Assembly: GCA_031416315.1 (NCBI GenBank)
Contig: JANOTL010000059.1
Span: 1-13,241, forward strand
Source: Pseudomonadota bacterium
GTDB taxonomy: Bacteria > Bdellovibrionota_B > Oligoflexia > Oligoflexales > CAIYRB01
Reading direction: 5' to 3'
Length of the DNA stretch: 13,241 nucleotides
In this document: positions 1 through 7,728 of the stretch, piece by piece
Layout of the letters: each line of letters opens with the position of its first letter
Numbering within the stretch: position 1 is the stretch's first letter
Notes under the pieces: generated by a model
Seen by the model: only the letters and a program-made list of their open reading frames with translations
Database searches by the model: none
Told to the model about the DNA's origin: nothing
Translations under genes and position numbers: made by a program

Positions 1-71
1 AAGAAAAATTTCTTCCGGCATTCCTGCCTGCCTGGCTTCCTGATAAAAAAGCCAAGACGCACAACCCCGTT

Positions 72-2051
72 CTACTGCAGCAACGCCGCCTTACTAGGCG
101 ACTCATCCCGAATCCGCACCGCCAAATCCCGGATCGTCGGATTCACATCATCATCCGCAACTCGACTCAAAGCCTGCTGCACGACCGGCAGCGCCGAATG
201 AGAATCCAGCGCCCGAAGCACTTGCCGCTTCACTAGATCGTCCTTCTCGCTTCCCAGATGCTCGACCAAAGTCGGCACGTAGGCCTCCGCCGCCGGTCGA
301 TCCGACAGGACGCGGACGGCCGCGTCGCGGACTCCCGCCGCCGGGTCGCCGAGCGCCGCCTTCGCGAGCTCTGCCGCTTTCTGGGTGACGACCAGCCGCA
401 GGGCCGTGACGGCGCGCTCGCGGATCTCCGGCGACGGATCTTTCAGATAGGGCTTCACGATCTCGACCACCCGCTCGTTGCCGCTGTTTCCCAGCACGTC
501 GAGCGCGAGGAGCTTGTCGTCGTCGAAGCGCGCCGCGCTGAGCTTCGCCGCGTATTCGTCGATGATGGCCTTGGTGCGAGCCGCATCCAAATGTTGCAGC
601 TGGAAAGCGAAGACGCCGAGAAGAAAGTGAGTGGTGCGGCGTACGTCCTCGTCGGTCTCGCCGGCCACGCGCGCGCGGACGAAGGCTTCGCTCTGCCGCG
701 AGGGCAAGGGAACCTGCGAGAAATTGGCGAGCAGTGCGACGCGCGTATCCTTGTCCCCGACTTCAGAGCGCGTGGCGACCTCGCCGACCAGAAGCTCCTG
801 GCAGCTGCGGCAGCCGGAGATGGCGGCGGCACCGAGGGTTGCTTGCACGAAGAGGTCGGTGGTGGGGCGTTTCGCGAGCTCGGCGCGCAGCTCGCTCAAA
901 TCGGCTTCGTGGAGCGCCATGTACGCGCGCATCCGCATCAGCATCTCGAGGCCGTCGCCACTGCCGCGCTCGACGTCCTTTTCGGTCATCGCGTCGGCTT
1001 CCGCGGCCAAGCTCGCGACCGTGGCGCGCTCGCCAATCTTGGCGCGGGCCAAGTTGCGATCGAAGCCGGTCAGGAGCACGGCATCGCCCTCCGCGTCCGC
1101 ACGAGGGCCGCCGCCGCTCGCGCGCGCGCGCAGGACGAGGAGGTCCTCGTCGCGCATTGGGCGCTCGTCTTCGAAACGCAGCTCGATTCGGGACTTCGCC
1201 TTCGAAAATGGGGTATTGGAGTCGCCCAAGCGGACCTCGGCGGTTTCCTCACCGCGGACGGCGCGGACCCAGCCGGTCGCGCGATCCATCTCAAGGCGGT
1301 GCTCGCCCTGGACGGTCGCCGCGAGGCCCATTGCGCCAGGTGCGGCGCCGCCGTTCGTCGCCGGTGCGCCGCCATTCGACGCGACGGTCTCGTAGCCCGT
1401 CTTCGTGCGGCGCAACGATACGACGGCGTCGGTCGCGTTCAGAACTTCGTAAGCCGCGGCGAATTCTCCCGTGCCATCTTGCTCCGTGGCCCGCCACCGA
1501 TCGCGCGGGCCGTCACCCGGCCCGTCGCCGCCCGCCGTGAACGGCAGCGTCGCCTGCACGGTCGAAGCCAGCATGCGCAGCGATTCGCCCGCCATCGTCT
1601 CGAAGGCCTCGTCGTCGTCGCGGCGCGCGCGAATGCGGCCGTCGTCCGTCAGATCGAGAAGAACGCCACGCGCAAATTCCTCGCGCAACTTGCTCTCGTC
1701 GAAGCCGGCTTCGGTCGCGCCCGTGAAGGTCGCGTCGCTCAAAGACAGCCGCGCCTCCGCAGCCCCGATCGAGCCGCGGTAGATCATCAAGGCCGCCGTG
1801 CCGCGAAACACCACGTGAAACGCAGTTTGCGACGCGGCGCCGGCTGCATCGCCCATGGCGCCGTTCAGGTCGACGTCGCTCGCCAGCTCGACCTTGTAGC
1901 GGCGCTCCATGCCCTCCGCCGCCGGACGGCTCTTCGGGAAGAGCACCGCCGTAGGAGGCTGCGGCATGCTCATGCTCGACATCAAAACGGCGACGGCCGC
2001 CGCGACCACTCCGGTCGCGGCGGCCATCCATGCAGGAGCCCGATCAGTCAT
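72..2051 (-). CDS. Exported/membrane-anchored HEAT-repeat protein resembling the N-terminal module (beta-barrel plus alpha-superhelix) of vitellogenin/MTP large lipid transfer proteins, ~659 aa
   Basis: ORF 72..2099; the ATG at 2051 (MTDRAPAW) is preferred because it overlaps the upstream stop (ATGACTGA) and precedes a hydrophobic segment (WMAAATGVVAAAVAVLM). The N-half is beta-rich with WRATEQDGTGEFAAAY. The C-half is helical with LLALDVLGNSG and HEAT/PBS repeats (YLKDPSPEIRERAVTAL, ALGDPAAGVRDAAVRVL, LGSEKDDLVKRQVLRAL). Confidence 0.8.
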   Translation of the reverse strand: MTDRAPAWMAAATGVVAAAVAVLMSSMSMPQPPTAVLFPKSRPAAEGMERRYKVELASDVDLNGAMGDAAGAASQTAFHVVFRGTAALMIYRGSIGAAEARLSLSDATFTGATEAGFDESKLREEFARGVLLDLTDDGRIRARRDDDEAFETMAGESLRMLASTVQATLPFTAGGDGPGDGPRDRWRATEQDGTGEFAAAYEVLNATDAVVSLRRTKTGYETVASNGGAPATNGGAAPGAMGLAATVQGEHRLEMDRATGWVRAVRGEETAEVRLGDSNTPFSKAKSRIELRFEDERPMRDEDLLVLRARASGGGPRADAEGDAVLLTGFDRNLARAKIGERATVASLAAEADAMTEKDVERGSGDGLEMLMRMRAYMALHEADLSELRAELAKRPTTDLFVQATLGAAAISGCRSCQELLVGEVATRSEVGDKDTRVALLANFSQVPLPSRQSEAFVRARVAGETDEDVRRTTHFLLGVFAFQLQHLDAARTKAIIDEYAAKLSAARFDDDKLLALDVLGNSGNERVVEIVKPYLKDPSPEIRERAVTALRLVVTQKAAELAKAALGDPAAGVRDAAVRVLSDRPAAEAYVPTLVEHLGSEKDDLVKRQVLRALDSHSALPVVQQALSRVADDDVNPTIRDLAVRIRDESPSKAALLQ

Positions 2052-4587
2052 ACTTCTTGTACCAAATCTGGTTGTAGTTTCCGTGGTGGCTCCATCCATG
2101 CATCATGAAGCCGCCACCGATTTTGCGACCGGCATGGAAGTCCAAGCAGATGTTATTGTAGCTCGGATCGTCGGAGCAGATGGCGCCGCTCTCGTAGAAC
2201 GACCACTTCTGGTTCTTGCCGCCGTGGCAATCTTGGTTCATGTACACAAGGTAGCCGTAGGGGCCGGAGCCGCCGTTGGAGACGCGGGCGGAAGACTCGC
2301 CCGGCGCGAGGTCCAGGCAATACTCTTTGTTGTCATACGTCATGTGCAGCGCGCGGTCCGAAGCGTCCCAGCGGAAGCGCTGGTTGGCGCCGCCGTGGCA
2401 GGGCGACATATAGGCGGCGCGCGAGTTGTTGCCGATCTCGCGGTTTGAGCGCACGCCCCATTCGTACGGACGGTAAGCGGCATCTGGATGCAGGTCGATG
2501 CACCAGTCGGCCCGGGCCGGAAGGATCGTCTGGCCGGAGCTGATCGTGAAGCCGCGGGCCTCGCGGTCTTTGCGGGCCTGCTCGACGCCGGCGAGACGTT
2601 GCTGCTCGGTGGCGTCCTTCAAATAGCCTTGGAGGATCTCGTCGGCCTCGCTGCCGGGCGCGAACGCGGTCGGCTGCTCGTCCGCGGGCAGCTTCACGAC
2701 GTCCCAGACGCCTTCCATCCCGGCGAACTGCGCGAGCTCGAGGGTATAGCGCTTCCACTTGCCCGGGTACCAGTGCTCCACGAAGGCGTAGAGCTTGCCG
2801 GCGAGGTAGTTGTACTTCAGCGAGGCGAGGACGGAGTGCTTGAGGCCTTTGTCCTTGTTGAAGGTGACCTTCGCCTGGAACGTCGGGCCGAGCTCGAGCA
2901 TCGTCAGCTTGCCGCCGACGCCGCCGCGCACGGCGGCGAGGTCGAGCATGGCCTCGAGGCCGACGTAGCCGGCGAAGGCCGGGGTGAAGTCGCCGTAGAG
3001 GCCGACGTTCAGCTTCGAGGCGACGTCCGCCTCGTTGTTGAAGAGGTCGGCGGTGATGTCGACGTCGGACTTGTTCGTGAAGGCGATGTTCCAGGCATAG
3101 GAGAATTCCGTGCCGACGTACCAGCGCACGGCGAGCGGCACGGGGCCGACGACGAAGCGGTAGCGGCCGTCGACTTCCTTGTTCAGCTTCGACAGGAGCT
3201 GTTGGAAGGCGCCTTTCGGCTTCTTGTCGGCCTTATCCTGCTTCTTCTTCGCCTCGCCGAATTCTTTCTTGTACTCGAAGATCTTGAACTTGTGGATGTT
3301 CGCGGTGATCTTGATCTCGGACTTCTTCTTCGGCGAGAGCACGTGGCCGGTGGCGTCCGCCCAGGCCATGTTCTTCACTTCGTGGCCGAAGAGCTTGATG
3401 TCGGAATAAAGGCGCGCCTTCATGCCGATGCCCTTCGGCTTCTTCTTGTCGGAGCCGCCGGCGAAGGCTTTGCCGTCGAAGCCGACCTTGAGGCCGAACT
3501 GGCCGGACTGCGGGCCCCAGAAGTTGCCGCCGCCCGGGCCTTGCTCTTGGTCGTCGTCGTCACCGTTAAGGCTGGCGCCGTTGACCGCGCCGCCGCCGTT
3601 CGCGTCCTCGGTCGTACACGTCGTGGGCGCCGGGATCTTGGCCGCGACGCGCGCGGCGAAAGCGCGGCCGTCGACGTTGGAGGCGATCGGCTTCTCGTCG
3701 CTTTTGTCGCCCTGATAGTTGCGGTATTCCGCCGGCGCGCGCGAGAGGTTCGTGTCGGCGGCGGCGACGTCGGCGCCGGCGGGATCGAGCGTGTCTTTCA
3801 GCTCGTTCTCGCGTTCGTAATACTCTTCCTTGCCGAATTTCTCGAATTCCTTCAGCTCGGCCTCGGTATAAATCGGCGGCTGCGCCTTGCGCAGGTCGTC
3901 GATCAGGGCCTTCAGCTTGTCCTTGTCGAGCGCCGGCGGCTTGTCGAAGGTCGAAGGATCGGTGCCGGCGAGGCCCAAGCCCTCGTCGAGCTCTTTCGCG
4001 AAGATGTCGATGACGTCGGCCGTACAGTCGAGCATCGCGAATGCCGAGTCGCGGACGTCGTCGACGTAAGCGTTCGGATCGGTCTCGTCGGCGCCGCAGG
4101 TCTTCACCTTGGCCATGTCGGTGTCGGAGAGGCGCAGGCCGTTGCCGGCCTTCTTCGTCTCGACGATGTCGCCGCCGCCGTATTCGGTGCCGGCGCTGGC
4201 GTCTTTGCCGACCTTGCCCTTGTTGATGGCCTTGTCTTCCATTTTGCTGCCCGGCCCGTCGAGCCCGCCTTTGGCGGTCCCCAGGGAGGTCGAAGGCATC
4301 AGCTTCGCGTCGCCGAGCGACTCGATCTTTGTGCCGTCGCCCGAGATGCGCTGCGTCAGTGTGCCGAGCGAGACGTTCGGGTCGGTAGCCGGCGTGCCCT
4401 CCGTCGCGATCGACTGCACGTTCTGCGGCACCTTGCATTCCCCAGCCACGTCCGCGGCGGGGGTGCGCGCGCCGGCGGCGGCGGAAGTGTCGTCTTTCAC
4501 CAGGGCGACGTCGGTCTTCTTGCAGCCGGAGGCCACGAGCAACGCCACGACGACCGAAGAACACGCCAAAAGACGGTGCGTCCGCAC
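2044..4587 (-). CDS. Lipoprotein with central beta-sheet-rich domain and C-terminal ricin B-type (beta-trefoil) lectin domain, ~847 aa
   Basis: GTG at 4587 has GAGG 5 nt upstream and gives a type II signal peptide (MRTHRLLACSSVVVALLVASG-C, Cys22 at 4522-4524). The C-terminus has three ricin-like subrepeats: WCIDL..CHGGANQRF, YCLDL..CHGGKNQKW, ICLDF..HHGNYNQIW (~2047-2554). Strong G/C third-position bias in this frame. Confidence 0.85.
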   Translation of the reverse strand: MRTHRLLACSSVVVALLVASGCKKTDVALVKDDTSAAAGARTPAADVAGECKVPQNVQSIATEGTPATDPNVSLGTLTQRISGDGTKIESLGDAKLMPSTSLGTAKGGLDGPGSKMEDKAINKGKVGKDASAGTEYGGGDIVETKKAGNGLRLSDTDMAKVKTCGADETDPNAYVDDVRDSAFAMLDCTADVIDIFAKELDEGLGLAGTDPSTFDKPPALDKDKLKALIDDLRKAQPPIYTEAELKEFEKFGKEEYYERENELKDTLDPAGADVAAADTNLSRAPAEYRNYQGDKSDEKPIASNVDGRAFAARVAAKIPAPTTCTTEDANGGGAVNGASLNGDDDDQEQGPGGGNFWGPQSGQFGLKVGFDGKAFAGGSDKKKPKGIGMKARLYSDIKLFGHEVKNMAWADATGHVLSPKKKSEIKITANIHKFKIFEYKKEFGEAKKKQDKADKKPKGAFQQLLSKLNKEVDGRYRFVVGPVPLAVRWYVGTEFSYAWNIAFTNKSDVDITADLFNNEADVASKLNVGLYGDFTPAFAGYVGLEAMLDLAAVRGGVGGKLTMLELGPTFQAKVTFNKDKGLKHSVLASLKYNYLAGKLYAFVEHWYPGKWKRYTLELAQFAGMEGVWDVVKLPADEQPTAFAPGSEADEILQGYLKDATEQQRLAGVEQARKDREARGFTISSGQTILPARADWCIDLHPDAAYRPYEWGVRSNREIGNNSRAAYMSPCHGGANQRFRWDASDRALHMTYDNKEYCLDLAPGESSARVSNGGSGPYGYLVYMNQDCHGGKNQKWSFYESGAICSDDPSYNNICLDFHAGRKIGGGFMMHGWSHHGNYNQIWYKKYD

Positions 4588-4624
4588 GGAAACCTCATTA
4601 CTTCGATTGGAAGGGGATGAGAGA

Positions 4625-4653
4625 AGGATACCGCGGTCTTCGGTGGCGGCCAA
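4625..4653 (-). promoter_or_regulatory. Candidate sigma70-type promoter for the lipoprotein/HEAT gene pair
   Basis: Minus strand TTGGCC (4653-4648), 17-nt spacer, TATCCT (4630-4625). Predicted start ~30 nt above the GTG at 4587. Confidence 0.45.
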
Positions 4654-4753
4654 TCAGGCTCCGCCTCTTCCAAGCGGCGCGGCGCCGTAACCGGCGGAGC
4701 GGAAACGCGGAATGTCTCAGCGTTTGTCGTTTAGACACCGCAGCGGACGCGCC

Positions 4754-6580
4754 TTACGCCTGATTCCGGCCCGCCAAGACGTCCTGCAGCTCGAGCGCGA
4801 CTTTCAGCTCAGGCTCTGCTTGCAGGACTAAGGTGACCTGCTCCCGCGCTTCCTTGAAGCGACGGGTCTCCACGAGTGCTTGCGCCAGGCGCACGCGATC
4901 ATCGACCGTTGCGAGCCCGGCATTGACGATGAGACGGCAGCAGGAGATGGCGACGTCGTATTTCTTGGCTTCGATCAGATGCTGAGGCAGCGAGCCGAGG
5001 TACTCGTTCCGAAAGGGGTCCAAGCGCAACGCGTCGGAAAGAAGGGCCCCTGCGGTCTTCGTCAGTCCGAGCAGCCGGTAGTACCCCGCGGCGAGAAAGA
5101 GCATCTGATGGTCTTTCGGTAGCGCTGGATGCTCGAACCAACCGTCGATCAAGTCGGCGAGGGCGGAGTGGGCGCGCCAACGCAAAAGCAAAGAGCCGAC
5201 CCGGTAGATGCGCTCGACGGTCAGTTGCGGGGATCGCAGCGCCACCCGTGCGAGCTCGTCCGCGGCAGCCTTTTTCGGTCCGATCACGAAGGCGACGACC
5301 TGCCGCAACATGACCGTCGTAATGGCATGCGGCTGGTCCTGGACCATCTTTTCAAGGCACTGCATCGCTTCGCCCGGCAGCTGATGCAAGAGCAGGTAAG
5401 GGATGAGCTCGGCATTGCTCCAGTAACTCTTCCCGGGCATCGCACTGAGTTGCGTGGTGAGGGCCCTGGCGGCCGCGAGCGGCAGTTTGAGCCGCAGATC
5501 GGGGCTTGCGCCTGGCAGAAACGGTCGGCGAAGCTGGGTCACGAGGCTCTTCGCGGTATCGGGGTTTGCCGCGTTTGCGAGCATCGATTGAAGGCTCGAG
5601 AAGAGGCTCTCGCGGCTTCTGCCGTATATCGCGACGGTGTCGAAGAGAGCCGCCGAATGGCGCTGAGCCAAAGCGATCAGCGCCGCTTGCCCAGCGACGA
5701 GGATCAAAACGGGAATCGGCGAAAGGTCACGCGCCTCGGCGAGATGGTCGAGGAGGGAGGACGCCTCTGCGTCGCCTTCCTCGAACCACAGGACTAAGGC
5801 ATTCGTACCGCGCCCGCGCAGAAGGCCGAAAACCTCGCTCGCATCCAATGCCGAGGTGGTGCTCCGAATTCCGCAGCTCGACATCTGCTTTGCGATCGCG
5901 AGGGCAAAGGCGGCGTCTGGATGATAGAGGCATGCCCTTTCGAGCAAGTGCGGCGGCGCCGTCACCGCGGCTTTCTCGTGAGACGCGGGTCCAAGGTTAG
6001 CCTCGGCCGTCCACAGCTTCTCGACGAAGCGAACGGTCGAGGCTGGCTTCGAGCCCCGCTGAGGCTCCACCTTGAGCTTTCGGGCTGCGGACCCGTTCAG
6101 CTCGGCCAGGAAATCGTCGTCCGCTGGCTCCGCGTCCGTGGGATCCCAGTCGAAAACGAGCCTCCGGACTTCGAAAAAGCGTCCAGGCAGATGAAACCAT
6201 CCGGATACGCGCAGGCGTGCCTCTTCCTTCGGCTTGAGGCGTGGTGTCGTCTCTCCCGTCTTGCCGACGAGGTAGATCATGGCGTCGCGCTTCCCTTTCG
6301 TCGCCGAAGCGTCGCTCGTGGCGGCAACCGAGAGCAAAAGACGCAAGAGCGCCTCCGCATGGTGACGCGCACCGCCCCATGCGAGCAATACGGTATCCGC
6401 TTCCGCGACCAGTCGCGCCAGCTGGCTCGGCGGGTCTTGATAAGACGCTTTACGCAAATGACACGAGTCGCCAAGCAGCGGCTCGAAAGAGGCAAGCTGG
6501 TTGTCGTCCAAGCCGACGGCAAGCAGCTGCATCTTTGAGGTCGTCAGCGCTGGGTCGAGAGATGAGAGATCGGCGGGCAT
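4754..6580 (-). CDS. Protein with two degenerate receiver-like (CheY-fold) domains and C-terminal TPR repeats, 608 aa
   Basis: Long ORF with ATG start below a candidate promoter. Receiver-like segments QLLAVGLDD..ADTVLLAW and ACLYHPD..TNALVLWF..SPIPVLIL both lack the phospho-acceptor Asp. TPR-like helices at the C-terminus (ALRLDPFRNEY, LAQALVETRRFKEAREQVTLVLQAEP). Confidence 0.65.
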   Translation of the reverse strand: MPADLSSLDPALTTSKMQLLAVGLDDNQLASFEPLLGDSCHLRKASYQDPPSQLARLVAEADTVLLAWGGARHHAEALLRLLLSVAATSDASATKGKRDAMIYLVGKTGETTPRLKPKEEARLRVSGWFHLPGRFFEVRRLVFDWDPTDAEPADDDFLAELNGSAARKLKVEPQRGSKPASTVRFVEKLWTAEANLGPASHEKAAVTAPPHLLERACLYHPDAAFALAIAKQMSSCGIRSTTSALDASEVFGLLRGRGTNALVLWFEEGDAEASSLLDHLAEARDLSPIPVLILVAGQAALIALAQRHSAALFDTVAIYGRSRESLFSSLQSMLANAANPDTAKSLVTQLRRPFLPGASPDLRLKLPLAAARALTTQLSAMPGKSYWSNAELIPYLLLHQLPGEAMQCLEKMVQDQPHAITTVMLRQVVAFVIGPKKAAADELARVALRSPQLTVERIYRVGSLLLRWRAHSALADLIDGWFEHPALPKDHQMLFLAAGYYRLLGLTKTAGALLSDALRLDPFRNEYLGSLPQHLIEAKKYDVAISCCRLIVNAGLATVDDRVRLAQALVETRRFKEAREQVTLVLQAEPELKVALELQDVLAGRNQA

Positions 6581-6601
6581 GGCGGACGATCCGAAGGCAC
6601 A

Positions 6602-6623
6602 TCGACAGCTAAAATGCTGTCGA
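6602..6623. repeat. Perfect 8-bp inverted repeat TCGACAGC-TAAAAT-GCTGTCGA at the predicted transcription start (5' hairpin or operator)
   Basis: Arms at 6602-6609 and 6616-6623 are exact reverse complements and lie between the -10 element and the ATG at 6580. Confidence 0.55.
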
Positions 6624-6628
6624 CCTTC

Positions 6629-6657
6629 ATTCTACTGCTGAAGCACACCCATGCCAA
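6629..6657 (-). promoter_or_regulatory. Candidate sigma70-type promoter for the pseudo-receiver/TPR gene
   Basis: Minus strand TTGGCA (6657-6652, 5/6 to TTGACA), 17-nt spacer, TAGAAT (6634-6629, 5/6 to TATAAT), in an AT-enriched intergenic gap. Confidence 0.65.
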
Positions 6658-6752
6658 AATATGGGTATAGGAGAGATGAGCGTCGCGGGGCCGCTAAGGG
6701 TGCTCCTGAAGCGCTATGCGGGGCACGTTGCGACGCTTGGCCTCGCCAAGGG

Positions 6753-7727
6753 CTAAAATCGAGCCTGGAGCGCCAGGCCTGGCGCGCCCGCGACGATGGC
6801 GGGCCGGAGGCCGACGCCCCCTGTCGAACGCCGGTGGTCGGGGCCTGGCGGCGGCGACCCTGTTAGGGCATCGACCGCGCCAAAGAGCCAAGCGAGGCCC
6901 GCGGCTCCGAGCGCCATCCGCCGCGTCTTCTCGCGCGGAGCGATGGTGCCCGCGGTCAAGAGCAAGGCCTCCACCGCCGCGAACGCCATCGCCTTGGCAG
7001 GCTCGCCGTTGCGCATTTGGCCGACGCCGAAGGGCATCAGCGCGAGGAACCCGAGGTCCCCCCTGCGGTCGAGGACCTCGTAGCCGTAGACGCCGACCAC
7101 GGAGAATCCGCCGAGGATCTCGCGTGCGCGCGGGTGCACGCGGCCGTCGCGATCCTCTTCGCCCTTGTCGCCGGGCAAGGTGTTCGCGGCGAGGAGGAAG
7201 AGCAGCTCACTCGAGAGGAAGAGCGCGCCGTCGCGGAAGCGTCCTTCCGCGACGTGGCCGAAACCGAAGGGCAGGAGCGCGGTCAACAAGGATGGACGAT
7301 CAGGCGCTTCGCCCAGTCGCGTCGTCTTGTCGAATTTGCCGCCGTCTTTCTTCTTCAGCTCGGCCCAAATCGCCTGCAGCGGCGGCGGGTCGAGGACCGG
7401 GTCGAGCGCCAGCGTGCCGTCGGTCTGGTGCGCCTTTTCCAGCCAAAGGCGCACCTCGGGCTGCTTGCGGCCGAAGGCGGCCTCGAGACGCGCCTTCATC
7501 AGGAAGAGCTTGGCGCGCACCGGCGGCGCGAGCTTCGCCTCGTCGACGAGGAGCTCGTTGACGCGCTTGGCGGCAGTGTCGAAGTCACCGGCTCCGAACA
7601 GGATCTCGCTCTCGCGGAGCTCGTTTTCGACCCGGGCCGCAGGCTCGCCGGCGGCGAGCGCGGACGGCGACATACCGAGGCTTAGGAGGAGGAGGAAGAC
7701 GGAGCGATGGAGGGCAGCGAGTCTCAC
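6753..7727 (-). CDS. Exported TPR-like envelope protein with a duplicated hydrophobic PFGxG motif, 324 aa
   Basis: GTG start 1 nt after the activator stop. Sec signal peptide (MRLAALHRSVFLLLLSLGMSPSALA). TPR-like helices (LFGAGDFDTAAKRVNELL..WLEKA..LDPVLDPP). Two hydrophobic repeats LLPFGFGH..GALFL and LMPFGVGQMRNG..AMAFA. Ends in GLALQARF. Confidence 0.7.
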   Translation of the reverse strand: MRLAALHRSVFLLLLSLGMSPSALAAGEPAARVENELRESEILFGAGDFDTAAKRVNELLVDEAKLAPPVRAKLFLMKARLEAAFGRKQPEVRLWLEKAHQTDGTLALDPVLDPPPLQAIWAELKKKDGGKFDKTTRLGEAPDRPSLLTALLPFGFGHVAEGRFRDGALFLSSELLFLLAANTLPGDKGEEDRDGRVHPRAREILGGFSVVGVYGYEVLDRRGDLGFLALMPFGVGQMRNGEPAKAMAFAAVEALLLTAGTIAPREKTRRMALGAAGLAWLFGAVDALTGSPPPGPDHRRSTGGVGLRPAIVAGAPGLALQARF

Positions 7728-7728
7728 G

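Noticed and set aside
1..60. Possible intrinsic terminator after the HEAT gene (TGGCTT/AAGCCA, AAGAAA/TTTCTT)
   Set aside because: Stems are short and weak, have no correctly placed U-tract, and lie at the window edge.
1338..1382. Imperfect in-frame duplication encoding SNGGAPA/TNGGAAP
   Set aside because: Two copies in a flexible loop; ordinary low-complexity linker, not an array.
258..2108. 616-aa plus-strand ORF
   Set aside because: Antisense shadow of the HEAT gene; high-GC codon bias suppresses stops; no motifs.
2488..4620. 710-aa plus-strand ORF
   Set aside because: Antisense shadow of the lipoprotein gene with typical mirror composition and no recognisable domains.
4588..4653. TTG start at 4653 for the lipoprotein
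   Set aside because: It would bury the signal peptide 22 residues in and coincides with the candidate -35; GTG 4587 has an RBS.
6642..6656. Sigma54-like TGGCATGGGTGTGCT on the minus strand
   Set aside because: GG-GC spacing is 9 nt, not the required 10. The same bases fit better as the -35 (TTGGCA) of a sigma70 promoter.
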